From Patescibacteria group bacterium (lineage in GTDB: Bacteria > Patescibacteriota > Patescibacteriia > Patescibacteriales > UBA12465): a DNA stretch of 64,000 nt. Both the position numbers and the translations under genes were made by a program. Positions 36,410 through 45,777 of this stretch are shown in pieces. The notes beneath the pieces are model-generated. The model saw nothing but the letters and a program-made list of their open reading frames with translations. It searched no databases and was not told the DNA's origin. Within the stretch, counting starts at the first letter, position 1. The number at the start of each line of letters is the position of its first letter. The stretch lies in assembly GCA_041661685.1 (NCBI GenBank), contig JBAZTY010000003.1, positions 69,550-133,549 of the forward strand, in the 5' to 3' direction.

Positions 36410-38843
36410 ATTTAACGACAATATTTAATAATTTTCCCGGCACAAAAATGTTTTTCACGATTTCCTTCCCTTCCAGCCATTTTTTCACATTGATATTCTC
36501 CTGTGCTAAAACCAAAGCCTCAACTTCTTTAATATCAGCTTCAACCTCGATAGTCGCGCGCGCTTTTCCATTAACGGATATGACTAGATTAGCCATCTTA
36601 TCCTTGATCAATTCCGGATCATACGCCGGCCAAGGAGATTTGAAGATGCTGTCCTTATGGCCGAACTTCTCCCAGATTTCTTCCGCCAGATGAGGGGCGA
36701 AAGGCGATAATATCTGCCATAAATGCAAGAAATTTTCCTGACTGATAGCCGAATGTCCTGACTGGTTATTGTAGTCAGTCAATTTATTCACCAAGATCAT
36801 CAGAGCGGAGATAGCCGTATTGAAATTGAATTTCTCGATATCTTCCCCGACTTTCTTGATTGTCTTATGAAGCAGCGACAGCGATTCCTCGTCTTCTGTC
36901 GATGGCGCGACAAAAGCGGCGGCCAGCCGATCTATCTTATCCAGAAATTTGCGCGCGCCCGTCAGTCCGTTAGTATTCCAGGCGATCGCCTGCTCAAACG
37001 GACCCATGAACATCTCATAAACCCGGAGAGCGTCGGCGCCATGGCTGGCGGCGATATCGTCGGGATTGATAACATTGCCCCAGCGCTTAGACATCTTGCG
37101 GCCGTCTTCACCCATGACCAAGCCGACGTGCCTTAATTTAGTGAAAGGCTCTTCATAATTGACCGCGCCGATATCGAATAAGAATTTATGCCAGAAACGG
37201 GCATAGATGAGATGGCGCGTCGCGTGTTCGGCGCCGCCGACATAAAAGTCTACCGGCGACCAATATTTTTCCAATTTCTTATCGACTAATTCCCGATCAT
37301 TTTTCGGATCGATATACCTCAGATAATACCAGCAAGAACCGCCCCATTGCGGCATAGTATTGGTTTCTCGTTGCGCTGGTCCGCCGCATTTCGGGCATTT
37401 AACATTGACCCAATCAGTTATCGCTGCCAGAGGCGATTCGCCCGTTCCGGTCGGTTCATAGCTTTTCACTTCCGGCAAAACGACCGGCAATTCGCTTTCC
37501 GGTACCGGTACGACGCCACATTTGGCGCAATGGATCATCGGAATCGGCTCGCCCCAATAGCGCTGGCGGGAGAAGACCCAATCTTTGATCTTATAATTTA
37601 TCTTTTTGGCGCCTTTATTATTATTTGCGAGCCAAGCCGTCATCTTAAGGCGGGCGGAAACGGAATCAAGCCCAGAAAATTCTCCAGATGACAAAAGAAC
37701 GCCGTCATCCGCATAGCAAGACTCGGTCGATTCATCTCGCGGGTTAGATAACGGGGCAACTGATTTTCTAATCGACAGATCATATTTCTGCGCGAACTCC
37801 CAATCTCTCTCATCATGCGCCGGCACAGCCATAACCGCGCCCGTCCCGTATAAATTTAAAACATAATCGGCAATAAATACCGGGACTTCTTCATTATTAA
37901 AAGGATTGACGGCCACGATCCCCTTTAAGACGACGCCGGACTTTTCCTTGTTCAGGTCGGTTCTTTGCAGATCGGTCTTATTTTTTGTTTCCGCCAAATA
38001 TTTTTCTACTTCCGGCCAATTCTTTATCTTATCTTTCAAATCCGCGACTAATTCATTTTCCGGCGCGAGCACGATGTAAGTGCAGCCGAAGATAGTATCG
38101 ACACGCGTCGTAAAGACTTTAATCATCTTGTCGGCGCCAGAGATAGCGAAGTTTATTTCCGCGCCCTCGCTCCGGCCGATCCAGTTCCGCTGCATTTCCT
38201 TGATCGTCTCTTCCCATTCCGGTAATTTTTCCAAATCATCCAAAAGACGCTGCGCATAATCAGTGATGCGGATGACCCATTGGCGCATCGGCTTCTGCTC
38301 GACGACGCTGCCGCAGCGTTCACAGAGGCCGTCTTCTAAATCTTCATTGGCTAGCCCAGTCTTGCAAGACGGACACCAATTTATCGGCTCATATGATTCA
38401 TACGCTAGGCCTTTCTTCCACATCTGGATGAAAGTCCATTGCGTCCATTTATAATATTGCGGATCAATCGTACTTATCTCCCTATCCCAATCATAGGAAA
38501 GGCCGATCATATTAATCTGCCGCTTATAAGTCGCGATATTCTCTTCCGTCGCCTGCCGCGGATGAAGCTTATTCTTGATAGCATAATTCTCGGCCGGTAA
38601 ACCGAAAGCGTCCCAACCCATAGGGTGAAGGACGTTATAGCCTTGCATGCGCTTCTGACGGGCAAAGATATCGGTCGCGATATAGCCTTTCGGATGGCCG
38701 ACGTGCAGGCCTGTCCCGGACGGATATGGAAACATATCCAAAACATAGTATTTCGGCCTGCCTTTGGCCTCACCGGTCTTATGCGCCCCGGTCTCGGCCC
38801 AGATTTTCTGCCATTTCTTCTCTATTTCTTGATGATTATACAT
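36408..38843 (-). CDS. leuS: Leucine--tRNA ligase
   Basis: MFPYPSG.GLHVGH, TTRVDT, GTGAVMAVPAHDERD, KMSKR. Confidence 0.98.
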   Translation of the reverse strand: MYNHQEIEKKWQKIWAETGAHKTGEAKGRPKYYVLDMFPYPSGTGLHVGHPKGYIATDIFARQKRMQGYNVLHPMGWDAFGLPAENYAIKNKLHPRQATEENIATYKRQINMIGLSYDWDREISTIDPQYYKWTQWTFIQMWKKGLAYESYEPINWCPSCKTGLANEDLEDGLCERCGSVVEQKPMRQWVIRITDYAQRLLDDLEKLPEWEETIKEMQRNWIGRSEGAEINFAISGADKMIKVFTTRVDTIFGCTYIVLAPENELVADLKDKIKNWPEVEKYLAETKNKTDLQRTDLNKEKSGVVLKGIVAVNPFNNEEVPVFIADYVLNLYGTGAVMAVPAHDERDWEFAQKYDLSIRKSVAPLSNPRDESTESCYADDGVLLSSGEFSGLDSVSARLKMTAWLANNNKGAKKINYKIKDWVFSRQRYWGEPIPMIHCAKCGVVPVPESELPVVLPEVKSYEPTGTGESPLAAITDWVNVKCPKCGGPAQRETNTMPQWGGSCWYYLRYIDPKNDRELVDKKLEKYWSPVDFYVGGAEHATRHLIYARFWHKFLFDIGAVNYEEPFTKLRHVGLVMGEDGRKMSKRWGNVINPDDIAASHGADALRVYEMFMGPFEQAIAWNTNGLTGARKFLDKIDRLAAAFVAPSTEDEESLSLLHKTIKKVGEDIEKFNFNTAISALMILVNKLTDYNNQSGHSAISQENFLHLWQILSPFAPHLAEEIWEKFGHKDSIFKSPWPAYDPELIKDKMANLVISVNGKARATIEVEADIKEVEALVLAQENINVKKWLEGKEIVKNIFVPGKLLNIVVK

Positions 38844-38865
38844 ATATTTTACCTTCTGCTATAAT
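38837..38865 (+). promoter_or_regulatory. Extended -10 promoter driving sRNA-2
   Basis: TATACA-17bp-TATAAT with TG at 38857; no plus-strand protein gene follows. Confidence 0.6.
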
Positions 38866-38870
38866 ATTAA

Positions 38871-38947
38871 TGTCAAAGCCCGTCTTAATAGTTAGCAACC
38901 GACACAAGACTCAAAAACTTTCCGCCCCTCGGCGGATTGTTTTTTTT
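38871..38947 (+). ncRNA. Putative small RNA 2 (paralog of sRNA-1)
   Basis: Promoter plus the same terminator; CCGACAC-AAGACTCAA and 5' TGTCAA complementary to the tRNA-like RNA. Confidence 0.55.
38897..38945 (+). repeat. 49-bp direct repeat, copy 2 (includes bidirectional terminator after xth)
   Basis: 41/49 identical to 36361-36409. Confidence 0.85.
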
Positions 38948-39728
38948 ATGACAATTCCAATACGATAGGCGCGTGGTCGGAACCGGTTATTTTATCTAAG
39001 ATATAAGCTTTTTTCAGGCTTCTTCTAAGTTTAGCGGACACGCAGAAATAGTCAATCCGCCAGCCGATATTCCGCACGCGGGCGTTCATCCGGAAGCTCC
39101 ACCAAGAATATTGAACTTTCCGGCCATTTTTCTCTCTAAAAGTATCGACAAAGCCGGCTTGCAAAAGTTTAGTCATCCAGTCGCGTTCTTCCGGCGTAAA
39201 ACCGGCGCTGCCTTCGTTCTCTTTCGGTCGTGCCAAGTCGATTTCTTCATGGGCGACATTAAAATCGCCGGTGATAACGACTGGTTTAGACTTTTCTAAT
39301 TTTTTAATATATTTCAGCAAAGTTTCATTGAACTCCAGCTTATAGCCCAAACGCGATAATTCATGATTAGAATTAGGAAAATAAACGTTCAACAAGAATA
39401 ATTTTCCAGTTTCCAGGGTCTGAACGCGGCCCTCCTTATCGAATTTGGCCAAGCCGAAACCGTTCTTGACGCTCTTAATTTTCAAGCCTTTCGCTCCGCC
39501 TAAACCCTCGCGGGCTAAGATGGCCGTGCCGCTATAGCCCGGACGTTCAGCGCTATTCCAATATTCCGTATAACCGGCAAAATCGAATTCTGTCAGCAAG
39601 CGCGCGGAATCGGAAATCTTTATCTCCTGCAAGCATAAGATATCCGGTTTTTCGGATCGTAAAAAATCTTTAAAACCCTTCTTGGCGACCGCTCTGATTC
39701 CGTTAACATTCCAGGAGATTATTTTCAT
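38946..39728 (-). CDS. xth: Exodeoxyribonuclease III / AP endonuclease
   Basis: SWNVNGIRA, LQEIK, GDFNVAH, GWRIDY, SDHAP. Confidence 0.95.
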   Translation of the reverse strand: MKIISWNVNGIRAVAKKGFKDFLRSEKPDILCLQEIKISDSARLLTEFDFAGYTEYWNSAERPGYSGTAILAREGLGGAKGLKIKSVKNGFGLAKFDKEGRVQTLETGKLFLLNVYFPNSNHELSRLGYKLEFNETLLKYIKKLEKSKPVVITGDFNVAHEEIDLARPKENEGSAGFTPEERDWMTKLLQAGFVDTFREKNGRKVQYSWWSFRMNARVRNIGWRIDYFCVSAKLRRSLKKAYILDKITGSDHAPIVLELS

Positions 39729-39792
39729 AGATTATGATATAATACAATTATACTGGAAACAGCGCTTAGTTTCAATTTTTTATAATAATCAT

Positions 39793-40539
39793 ATGGGTTT
39801 AGAAGAACGAGTGAAGTACGCGGCCATGAAGGCGCGGCACAAAAAATTATTGCTTCCTTGGTATAAGAAATGGTGGGGTATAGTCATTATGGTCTTGGCC
39901 GGATTATTGCTCATAATCCTGACCATTTCCAGTCTTTACGTGATCAGCAAAGCCAAAGAGATTATCGCTGGGCAGAACCAAGGAGTGACTGAGCAGGACT
40001 ATAAGATTTACGCGCAGAATATCAAAGGAGACGGCACTAATTTTTTTATCGGCACGACTACGCCGCAAGCAACTATCGTAGAATTTGGAGATTTCGCCTG
40101 CCCCTATTCTAAGGAATCATACCTCGCCATCAAGCAAGTCCTGGCCGATTATCCGGATAAAATAAAAATAGTCTGGCGCGATTATCTGCGCAATGAAGAT
40201 TCTATCGATCTCGCGGTCGCGGCTCGCTGCGCCGGCGCTCAAGGAAAATTCTGGGAAATGCACGATAAGCTGTTCGAAGACCAAGAAAATCTAACGACAG
40301 CCGATGAAGCGCGCTTGAATCGTTTAGTGGCTCTCGCCGTCAGTCTAGGGATGAACGATACGGAGTTCGCGACTTGTCTGACTAATCGCGATGATTTAGC
40401 AAAAATCCAGAAAGATTACGAAGACGGTAACACTCTGGCGATTATCGGCACTCCGACTTGGTTCGTCAATAACTATCCTATCTCTGGCGCCCTAACTCTT
40501 GATAAATTCAAGGAGTTATTGAGCGGCATCATTAAATAA
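39793..40539 (+). CDS. Membrane-anchored DsbA/thioredoxin-fold protein (CPYS active site)
   Basis: TM anchor, EFGDFACPYS, QGKFWEMHD, GTPTW; ATG 39793 preferred. Confidence 0.85.
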   Translation: MGLEERVKYAAMKARHKKLLLPWYKKWWGIVIMVLAGLLLIILTISSLYVISKAKEIIAGQNQGVTEQDYKIYAQNIKGDGTNFFIGTTTPQATIVEFGDFACPYSKESYLAIKQVLADYPDKIKIVWRDYLRNEDSIDLAVAARCAGAQGKFWEMHDKLFEDQENLTTADEARLNRLVALAVSLGMNDTEFATCLTNRDDLAKIQKDYEDGNTLAIIGTPTWFVNNYPISGALTLDKFKELLSGIIK

Positions 40540-40559
40540 TTAGAGAACTATCAAATAAT

Positions 40560-41105
40560 ATGGAACAGATCCGCATACATGGACGCGGCGGGCAAGGCGT
40601 CGTCACGGCCGCCGAGCTTATCGCTATTGCCGCTTTTTATGAGGGGAAAGAAGCACAGGCCTTCCCTAATTTCGGCGTGGAACGAACGGGTGCGCCGATC
40701 CAATCCTACGCGCGCATCTCTGATGCGCGCATCGTGACGCGCGAGCAGATTTCTGAGCCGACCGTACTGATCATCCAGGATGCGACCTTATTAGACACGG
40801 TCGACGTCTTCTCTGGCAGCACGCCGGAAACCGTCGTCATCATCAACGCGCCGGAAAATAAATGGCCGGAACTCAATAAGAGATTTAAACATTTATATTT
40901 TACGCCGGCGACTGAAATTGCCATGAGAATATTCGGCAAGAATATTATCAACACTGTTATCCTCGGCGCTTTTGCCAAACACACGAAATTAGTCAGCCTT
41001 GATTCTCTGAAAAAAGCGGTTACAGAAAAATTCGGCGATAAGGGCGCGGCGATAATCGAAAAGAATATCCAAGCGATTACCGAGGATTACGAAAGAGCAG
41101 AATAA
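40560..41105 (+). CDS. porC: Pyruvate:ferredoxin oxidoreductase gamma subunit
   Basis: IRIHGRGGQGVVT, FGVERTGAP. Confidence 0.92.
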   Translation: MEQIRIHGRGGQGVVTAAELIAIAAFYEGKEAQAFPNFGVERTGAPIQSYARISDARIVTREQISEPTVLIIQDATLLDTVDVFSGSTPETVVIINAPENKWPELNKRFKHLYFTPATEIAMRIFGKNIINTVILGAFAKHTKLVSLDSLKKAVTEKFGDKGAAIIEKNIQAITEDYERAE

Positions 41106-41132
41106 TCTAAGCTGGAATAGATCTAAAATGAT

Positions 41133-41411
41133 ATGAAAAATAAAAAGATAAATCTTATAACCCAGCCGAATACGACTCTAGCCAACAAGACCGGAGCTTG
41201 GCGCACGGAAAAACCGATTACCGATTTATCGGCCTGCATCGGCTGTTCTTTATGCGCGAAAATCTGCCCCGAGGGCTGCATCGAAATGGAAAAGAGCGTC
41301 GCTCATGGCGATAAGCTCAAGCCGGAGACGGATTATGACTACTGCAAAGGCTGCGGTCTCTGCGCCCATGAATGCCCGGTCAAGGCAATTAAGATGATCA
41401 AAGATTATTAA
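41133..41411 (+). CDS. porD: Pyruvate:ferredoxin oxidoreductase delta subunit (2x[4Fe-4S])
   Basis: TGAWR, CIGCSLC..CP, YCKGCGLC..ECP. Confidence 0.92.
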   Translation: MKNKKINLITQPNTTLANKTGAWRTEKPITDLSACIGCSLCAKICPEGCIEMEKSVAHGDKLKPETDYDYCKGCGLCAHECPVKAIKMIKDY

Positions 41412-41412
41412 T

Positions 41413-42609
41413 ATGACAAAAAAAAATCATAAACAAATACTAGAAGGCTCGCACGCCATTGCGCTCGTGGTCAAAAACATCGGCCCGGCGGTCGTGTCCG
41501 CTTATCCGATCACGCCGCAGACCCATATCGTCGAGGATCTCGCCAAAATAAAAGCCGACGGTCAAGCCGATTATGAATATGTCCGCGCCGAAAGCGAATT
41601 TGCGGCCGCTTCGATCATCCTCGGAGCGAGCGCCGCCGGTTCTCGCGTCTATAGCGCGACTAGTTCCCAGGGCTTATTGCTCATGGCTGAAGTCGTTTAT
41701 AATATTTCAGGCATGCGCCTGCCGATAGTCATGACGACCGCCAACCGCGCAATTTCAGGTCCGATCAATATCTGGAACGACCACAGCGACGTGATGGCTG
41801 TCCGCGATGCCGGCTGGATCCAATTATTCGCGGCCAATCATCAAGAGGCGGTTAACGCTCATATCCTCGCTTATAAGCTGGCCGAAAAATTAAGCCTACC
41901 GGTAATGGTCAATGTCGACGGCTTTATTTTGACTCACTCTTATGAATCAGTTATCATCCCCGAGCCGGAAAAGATAAAAGAATTTTTACCGGCCTACCAG
42001 CCGGAAAATGGGACTTATCTCGATCCTAAAAATCCGGTCACGCTCGGCGCTTTCTTTACCCCGGCAGATTATATGGAAACACGTGAAGCCTTGCATGTTG
42101 ATTTGTTAGCTAGCCTAGAGACGATCAAGAAAGAATATAAATTATTCCAAAAGATATTTAAAGACGAAACTAAATTAGCGGAAGTGTCTAATCAAAAAGA
42201 TATTTTTGACGACGGTCTGGCAGAATATTACGGCCCGGCTAAGCCGGAGACTATTCTGGTCGCGCTCGGATCGATGAACGGCACGATCCTCGAAACTATC
42301 AAGGATATAAAAAACGTCGGACTCTTAAAAATAAAAGTCTATCGCCCCTTCCCTGTCGAAACGATCAATAAAATCATCATTCGCGCCAAGAATATCGCCG
42401 TCATCGAAAAAGCGATTAATTTCGGCCAGACTGGTCCGCTCTATTCCGATATTAAGTCTGGGCTGAGCGGCGCAGAAGCGAAGAATCTGAATATCACAAA
42501 TTACGTCGTCGGTCTCGGCGGCCGCGACGTCACTAAGAAGATGATCCAGAAAATAATTAAGAAGGCCTCGCGCCGCGACCAGGCAGTAGAGTTCATTGGC
42601 CATAACTAA
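41413..42609 (+). CDS. porA: Pyruvate:ferredoxin oxidoreductase alpha subunit
   Basis: AYPITPQT, ESE, ATSSQGL, GLGGRD. Confidence 0.93.
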   Translation: MTKKNHKQILEGSHAIALVVKNIGPAVVSAYPITPQTHIVEDLAKIKADGQADYEYVRAESEFAAASIILGASAAGSRVYSATSSQGLLLMAEVVYNISGMRLPIVMTTANRAISGPINIWNDHSDVMAVRDAGWIQLFAANHQEAVNAHILAYKLAEKLSLPVMVNVDGFILTHSYESVIIPEPEKIKEFLPAYQPENGTYLDPKNPVTLGAFFTPADYMETREALHVDLLASLETIKKEYKLFQKIFKDETKLAEVSNQKDIFDDGLAEYYGPAKPETILVALGSMNGTILETIKDIKNVGLLKIKVYRPFPVETINKIIIRAKNIAVIEKAINFGQTGPLYSDIKSGLSGAEAKNLNITNYVVGLGGRDVTKKMIQKIIKKASRRDQAVEFIGHN

Positions 42610-42621
42610 TAATTTTGCTAT

Positions 42622-43587
42622 ATGAAAGTAAAAAGACCAAAAATATTAGGGGCTATGAAGATATCTTTCTTCATCGCTCTTTGCCTACAGCTAACGATAT
42701 CTTTCGCTTTAGCGGCTTGGCCGACCAAGGTCTCAGCGCAAATTAACCCCCAACCTTTACAATTTGAACCACAAATTCAGATTCCTAATTCCGCTTTCAG
42801 CGCCACTTCTGTCTCTGTGGCCACTCTCGACACTAAAACTGGAATGTTTAATAGCGACCTACTCGCTAAATATATCCAGGCTTTTTATAACTATGGGATG
42901 GCGGTCGTCGGAATATTAGCGGCGATAGTGCTTATGGCCGGAGGCGTCCTCTGGCTCACTTCCGGCGGTGATTCCGGAAAAGTCGGCCAGGCTAAAGAAC
43001 TAATCATCGGCAGTATCGTCGGCACGGGCATCCTGTTCAGTTCTTGGATAATATTAAACACAGTTAATCCAGAACTTTTAAAATTTAAACCGATTAAGAC
43101 GCTGTCTGTACAGCAAAGAATGTTCGGCGACACGGTCTGTTGTGATCAAGACGCAGGGGAAAAAAGATTTGTTTTAACCACTAACAAAGACGGAAAAAGA
43201 GTTTATGCTTCTGACCCAAGCAAATTATTTCTAGGTTGTAACGATGCCTTTGGAAAACCTGAAATTTCACTTGGAACTAGAGAATGCCCCACTTCTGGTG
43301 CAACCACCGCCTGTCTCTACACTTCTGATGGCCTTCTAGAGTCAGGAACATATAAATGTGTTGATACTAGCGATATCTGCTGTCAATGTAGAACCACTCT
43401 TTTAGGTGTTATTACGTCTGCTTCATGTTATGATCACGCTAAATCTATGCAGGATTGCGAAGATTGGTGTCATCTTGGCTGGGGTTACGCCATAGTTGGA
43501 ATTGGCTACCAAACGCTTGACTACCCCGGAGAATATACCTGCGGTTCAAGGGCTACTTACAATTATTGTTCCGCGCCTCAATATTAA
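42622..43587 (+). CDS. TrbC/VirB2-like pilin-domain protein with Cys-rich C-terminal domain
   Basis: YIQAFYNY...GG..W..SGG....V..AKE.I...INP pilin signature; many Cys in the C-terminal half. Confidence 0.8.
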   Translation: MKVKRPKILGAMKISFFIALCLQLTISFALAAWPTKVSAQINPQPLQFEPQIQIPNSAFSATSVSVATLDTKTGMFNSDLLAKYIQAFYNYGMAVVGILAAIVLMAGGVLWLTSGGDSGKVGQAKELIIGSIVGTGILFSSWIILNTVNPELLKFKPIKTLSVQQRMFGDTVCCDQDAGEKRFVLTTNKDGKRVYASDPSKLFLGCNDAFGKPEISLGTRECPTSGATTACLYTSDGLLESGTYKCVDTSDICCQCRTTLLGVITSASCYDHAKSMQDCEDWCHLGWGYAIVGIGYQTLDYPGEYTCGSRATYNYCSAPQY

Positions 43588-43599
43588 AATTTAATAAAT

Positions 43600-44478
43600 A
43601 TGATAGAGAATACTAAATCAAAAAAATTCCTTGCTCCCGGACATAATGCCTGTGCCGGTTGCGGCCAATTATCAGCGGCTCAATCAGTGATGAGGGGCTT
43701 GAATGAAAACGTCATTATTGCTAATGCTACCGGTTGCTTAGAAGTGACGACGACCGCTTATCCGCAAAGTTCCTGGGGCCTGCCGTTCATCCATTCTCTT
43801 TTTGAAAATGCGGCCGCAGTCGCGTCCGGAATCCTGGCATCTCTAAAACAAAAAGGCGATACAAAAACTAAAGTCGTCGTTCAAGCCGGCGACGGCGGAA
43901 CGTTCGATATCGGCATCGGGCTGGTCAGCGGCATGTGGGAACGCGGCGAGAACATCTTATATATCTGCTATGACACCGAAGCTTATTCTAATACCGGCTA
44001 TCAAGCTTCCGGCAGCACCCCTTACGGCGCCAATACGACGACGACGCCGAACGGTTCCGCTTCCGTCGGATCAACTCAAAGAAAAAAAGACATGCTAGGA
44101 ATAGCTTTAGCCCATGGCTTAAGATATGTCGCCCAGACGACCGCCGGCTTTCCTGATGATATCACTAATAAGGTCAAAAAAGCTTTGACCATTGAGGGTC
44201 CGAGCTATATTCAGATCCTCTGCCCTTGCATCCCTTACTGGAAAATACAAAATGACCAAGCGATCTCAATGGGAAAACTAGCTGCTCAAACCGCTCTTTA
44301 CCCTCTCTTAGAATATATTGACGGTCGATTAGTTTCTTCCAGCATCAAAGAAGGCTTCCAAGTTAAGCCAGCCGCAGAATACTTGAAGAGCCAGGGGCGT
44401 TTCAAGCATCTCAAAGACGAAGATATCGCTTTGATAGAAAAGATCGGGAGCGAAAATATCACTAAATATAAAATATGA
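43600..44478 (+). CDS. porB: Pyruvate:ferredoxin oxidoreductase beta subunit (TPP-binding)
   Basis: GHNACAGC, ATGCLEV, GDGGTFDIG, YSNTGYQ. Confidence 0.93.
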   Translation: MIENTKSKKFLAPGHNACAGCGQLSAAQSVMRGLNENVIIANATGCLEVTTTAYPQSSWGLPFIHSLFENAAAVASGILASLKQKGDTKTKVVVQAGDGGTFDIGIGLVSGMWERGENILYICYDTEAYSNTGYQASGSTPYGANTTTTPNGSASVGSTQRKKDMLGIALAHGLRYVAQTTAGFPDDITNKVKKALTIEGPSYIQILCPCIPYWKIQNDQAISMGKLAAQTALYPLLEYIDGRLVSSSIKEGFQVKPAAEYLKSQGRFKHLKDEDIALIEKIGSENITKYKI

Positions 44479-45716
44479 AGAGAACTAAAAATCTTATTTT
44501 AATAATAAGCTCGTTCTTCGTTCTTTTACCTTTGTTTTCGGTCAGAGCGGCTGATAATTGTTTTTGGTCAATAATCGTGAATTCTTCTCCAAAAAGCTCG
44601 GAATCGATGTGCGACGCTCCGGGCGAATCTTATTTTTTCGCAGACAGCTCCGGCATAAGCTGCGAAGGAAAGGAAAAAGAAACTTATGATAAAATTTGCT
44701 GCTGCCAAATTAAGGACAGGCCAGGCCAATGCTTAATCAGCCAAAAATGTCCCAATGATTTACCTTGCATCGACGGTTATTGCAAAGAACCGATTGTTAA
44801 TTCTGTGCCAGTTACTCAAACAGCAAAATTTGTAATGCCGATACTACAAATTAAAATTCCGGGCTTAGAAGAATTCAACAATAATGAATTATGTACAAAG
44901 GATGGCCGTTGCGGAATTCCTTGGCTCGCACAATACATCAGGGCAATCTATAATTACGCTATCGCGGTTGCCGGCATATTGGCCGCCATCGTTCTAATGG
45001 CTGGCGGAGTAATCTGGCTAATCTCTGGTGGCGATTCTTCTAAAGTGACTCAAGCCAAAGAATTGATATTCGGGAGCATTAGCGGCTTAGTAATTTTAGC
45101 CTCCTCATATATCCTCTTAACTCAAATAAACCCCGACTTGGTCACCCTTAAAACAATCGATTTAATCCAAGTCCGCAGACTTGATTTTCTCCAAAACGGC
45201 AGTGAAAGTTTTTCTAATTCCTCCAACCGCAGACCATGCCCGACAGATAACAATCTGGTTTCTATCTCTAATATAGTTAGCAGCTCTGCTAGCGACCCCC
45301 GGCTCGACCCGAGAGACGCGGAAGGATTAAAAAAAGCCGTCGCTATTGCCGACCAACAAAAAGTAAAACTACAGGTGACTTCTGCTTTCCGGAGCTATGA
45401 CCTGCAAAAAACCTTATGGGATGCAGCTTTAAAAAATAACAACAACGACGTAGCCAAAGCCGGTTTATATGTGGCGCCACCGACTCAATGCGAAGGGCTT
45501 AACTGCTATGGCCATTGCGCCGGAGCAGCAATTGATGTCTGTATCGCTGGTAGCGTTTCCTGTTCCCATATCGGCGGAAATGAAAACGCTAAGTACAGCG
45601 ATGATGACGTTATAAAACTGGAAAAAATTATGCAATTAGCCGGCTGGACCAGATATTGCAACGAATGGTGGCATTATCAATATAGCCTAACCCCCGGTAT
45701 TGCCTGCTCTCCATAA
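44475..45716 (+). CDS. TrbC/VirB2-like pilin fused to M15 (VanY-like) Zn peptidase
   Basis: Cys-rich N-terminus, pilin hairpin, SAFRS, GHCAGAAID, EWWHY. Confidence 0.82.
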   Translation: MKRTKNLILIISSFFVLLPLFSVRAADNCFWSIIVNSSPKSSESMCDAPGESYFFADSSGISCEGKEKETYDKICCCQIKDRPGQCLISQKCPNDLPCIDGYCKEPIVNSVPVTQTAKFVMPILQIKIPGLEEFNNNELCTKDGRCGIPWLAQYIRAIYNYAIAVAGILAAIVLMAGGVIWLISGGDSSKVTQAKELIFGSISGLVILASSYILLTQINPDLVTLKTIDLIQVRRLDFLQNGSESFSNSSNRRPCPTDNNLVSISNIVSSSASDPRLDPRDAEGLKKAVAIADQQKVKLQVTSAFRSYDLQKTLWDAALKNNNNDVAKAGLYVAPPTQCEGLNCYGHCAGAAIDVCIAGSVSCSHIGGNENAKYSDDDVIKLEKIMQLAGWTRYCNEWWHYQYSLTPGIACSP

Positions 45717-45736
45717 TTATCAAATTTTCCCTTTTT

Positions 45737-45768
45737 AAAAAATCCGCTCGACTTGAGCGGATTTTTTT
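45737..45768. terminator. Bidirectional terminator
   Basis: AAAAAATCCGCTC-GACTT-GAGCGGATTTTTTT. Confidence 0.8.
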
Positions 45769-45777
45769 ATTGCGAAT

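Noticed and set aside
36361-38945. leuS as a mobile cassette flanked by direct repeats
   Set aside because: No recombinase or transposase; leuS is a core gene; the repeats are better explained as paralogous sRNA/terminator units
38844-38945. T-box riboswitch upstream of leuS
   Set aside because: Only ~100 nt and no T-box (GGTGGNACC) or stem I motifs on the minus strand
38870-38968. Leaderless peptide MSKPVLIVSNRHK... in sRNA-2
   Set aside because: Runs through the terminator into antisense xth, and no equivalent ORF exists in sRNA-1
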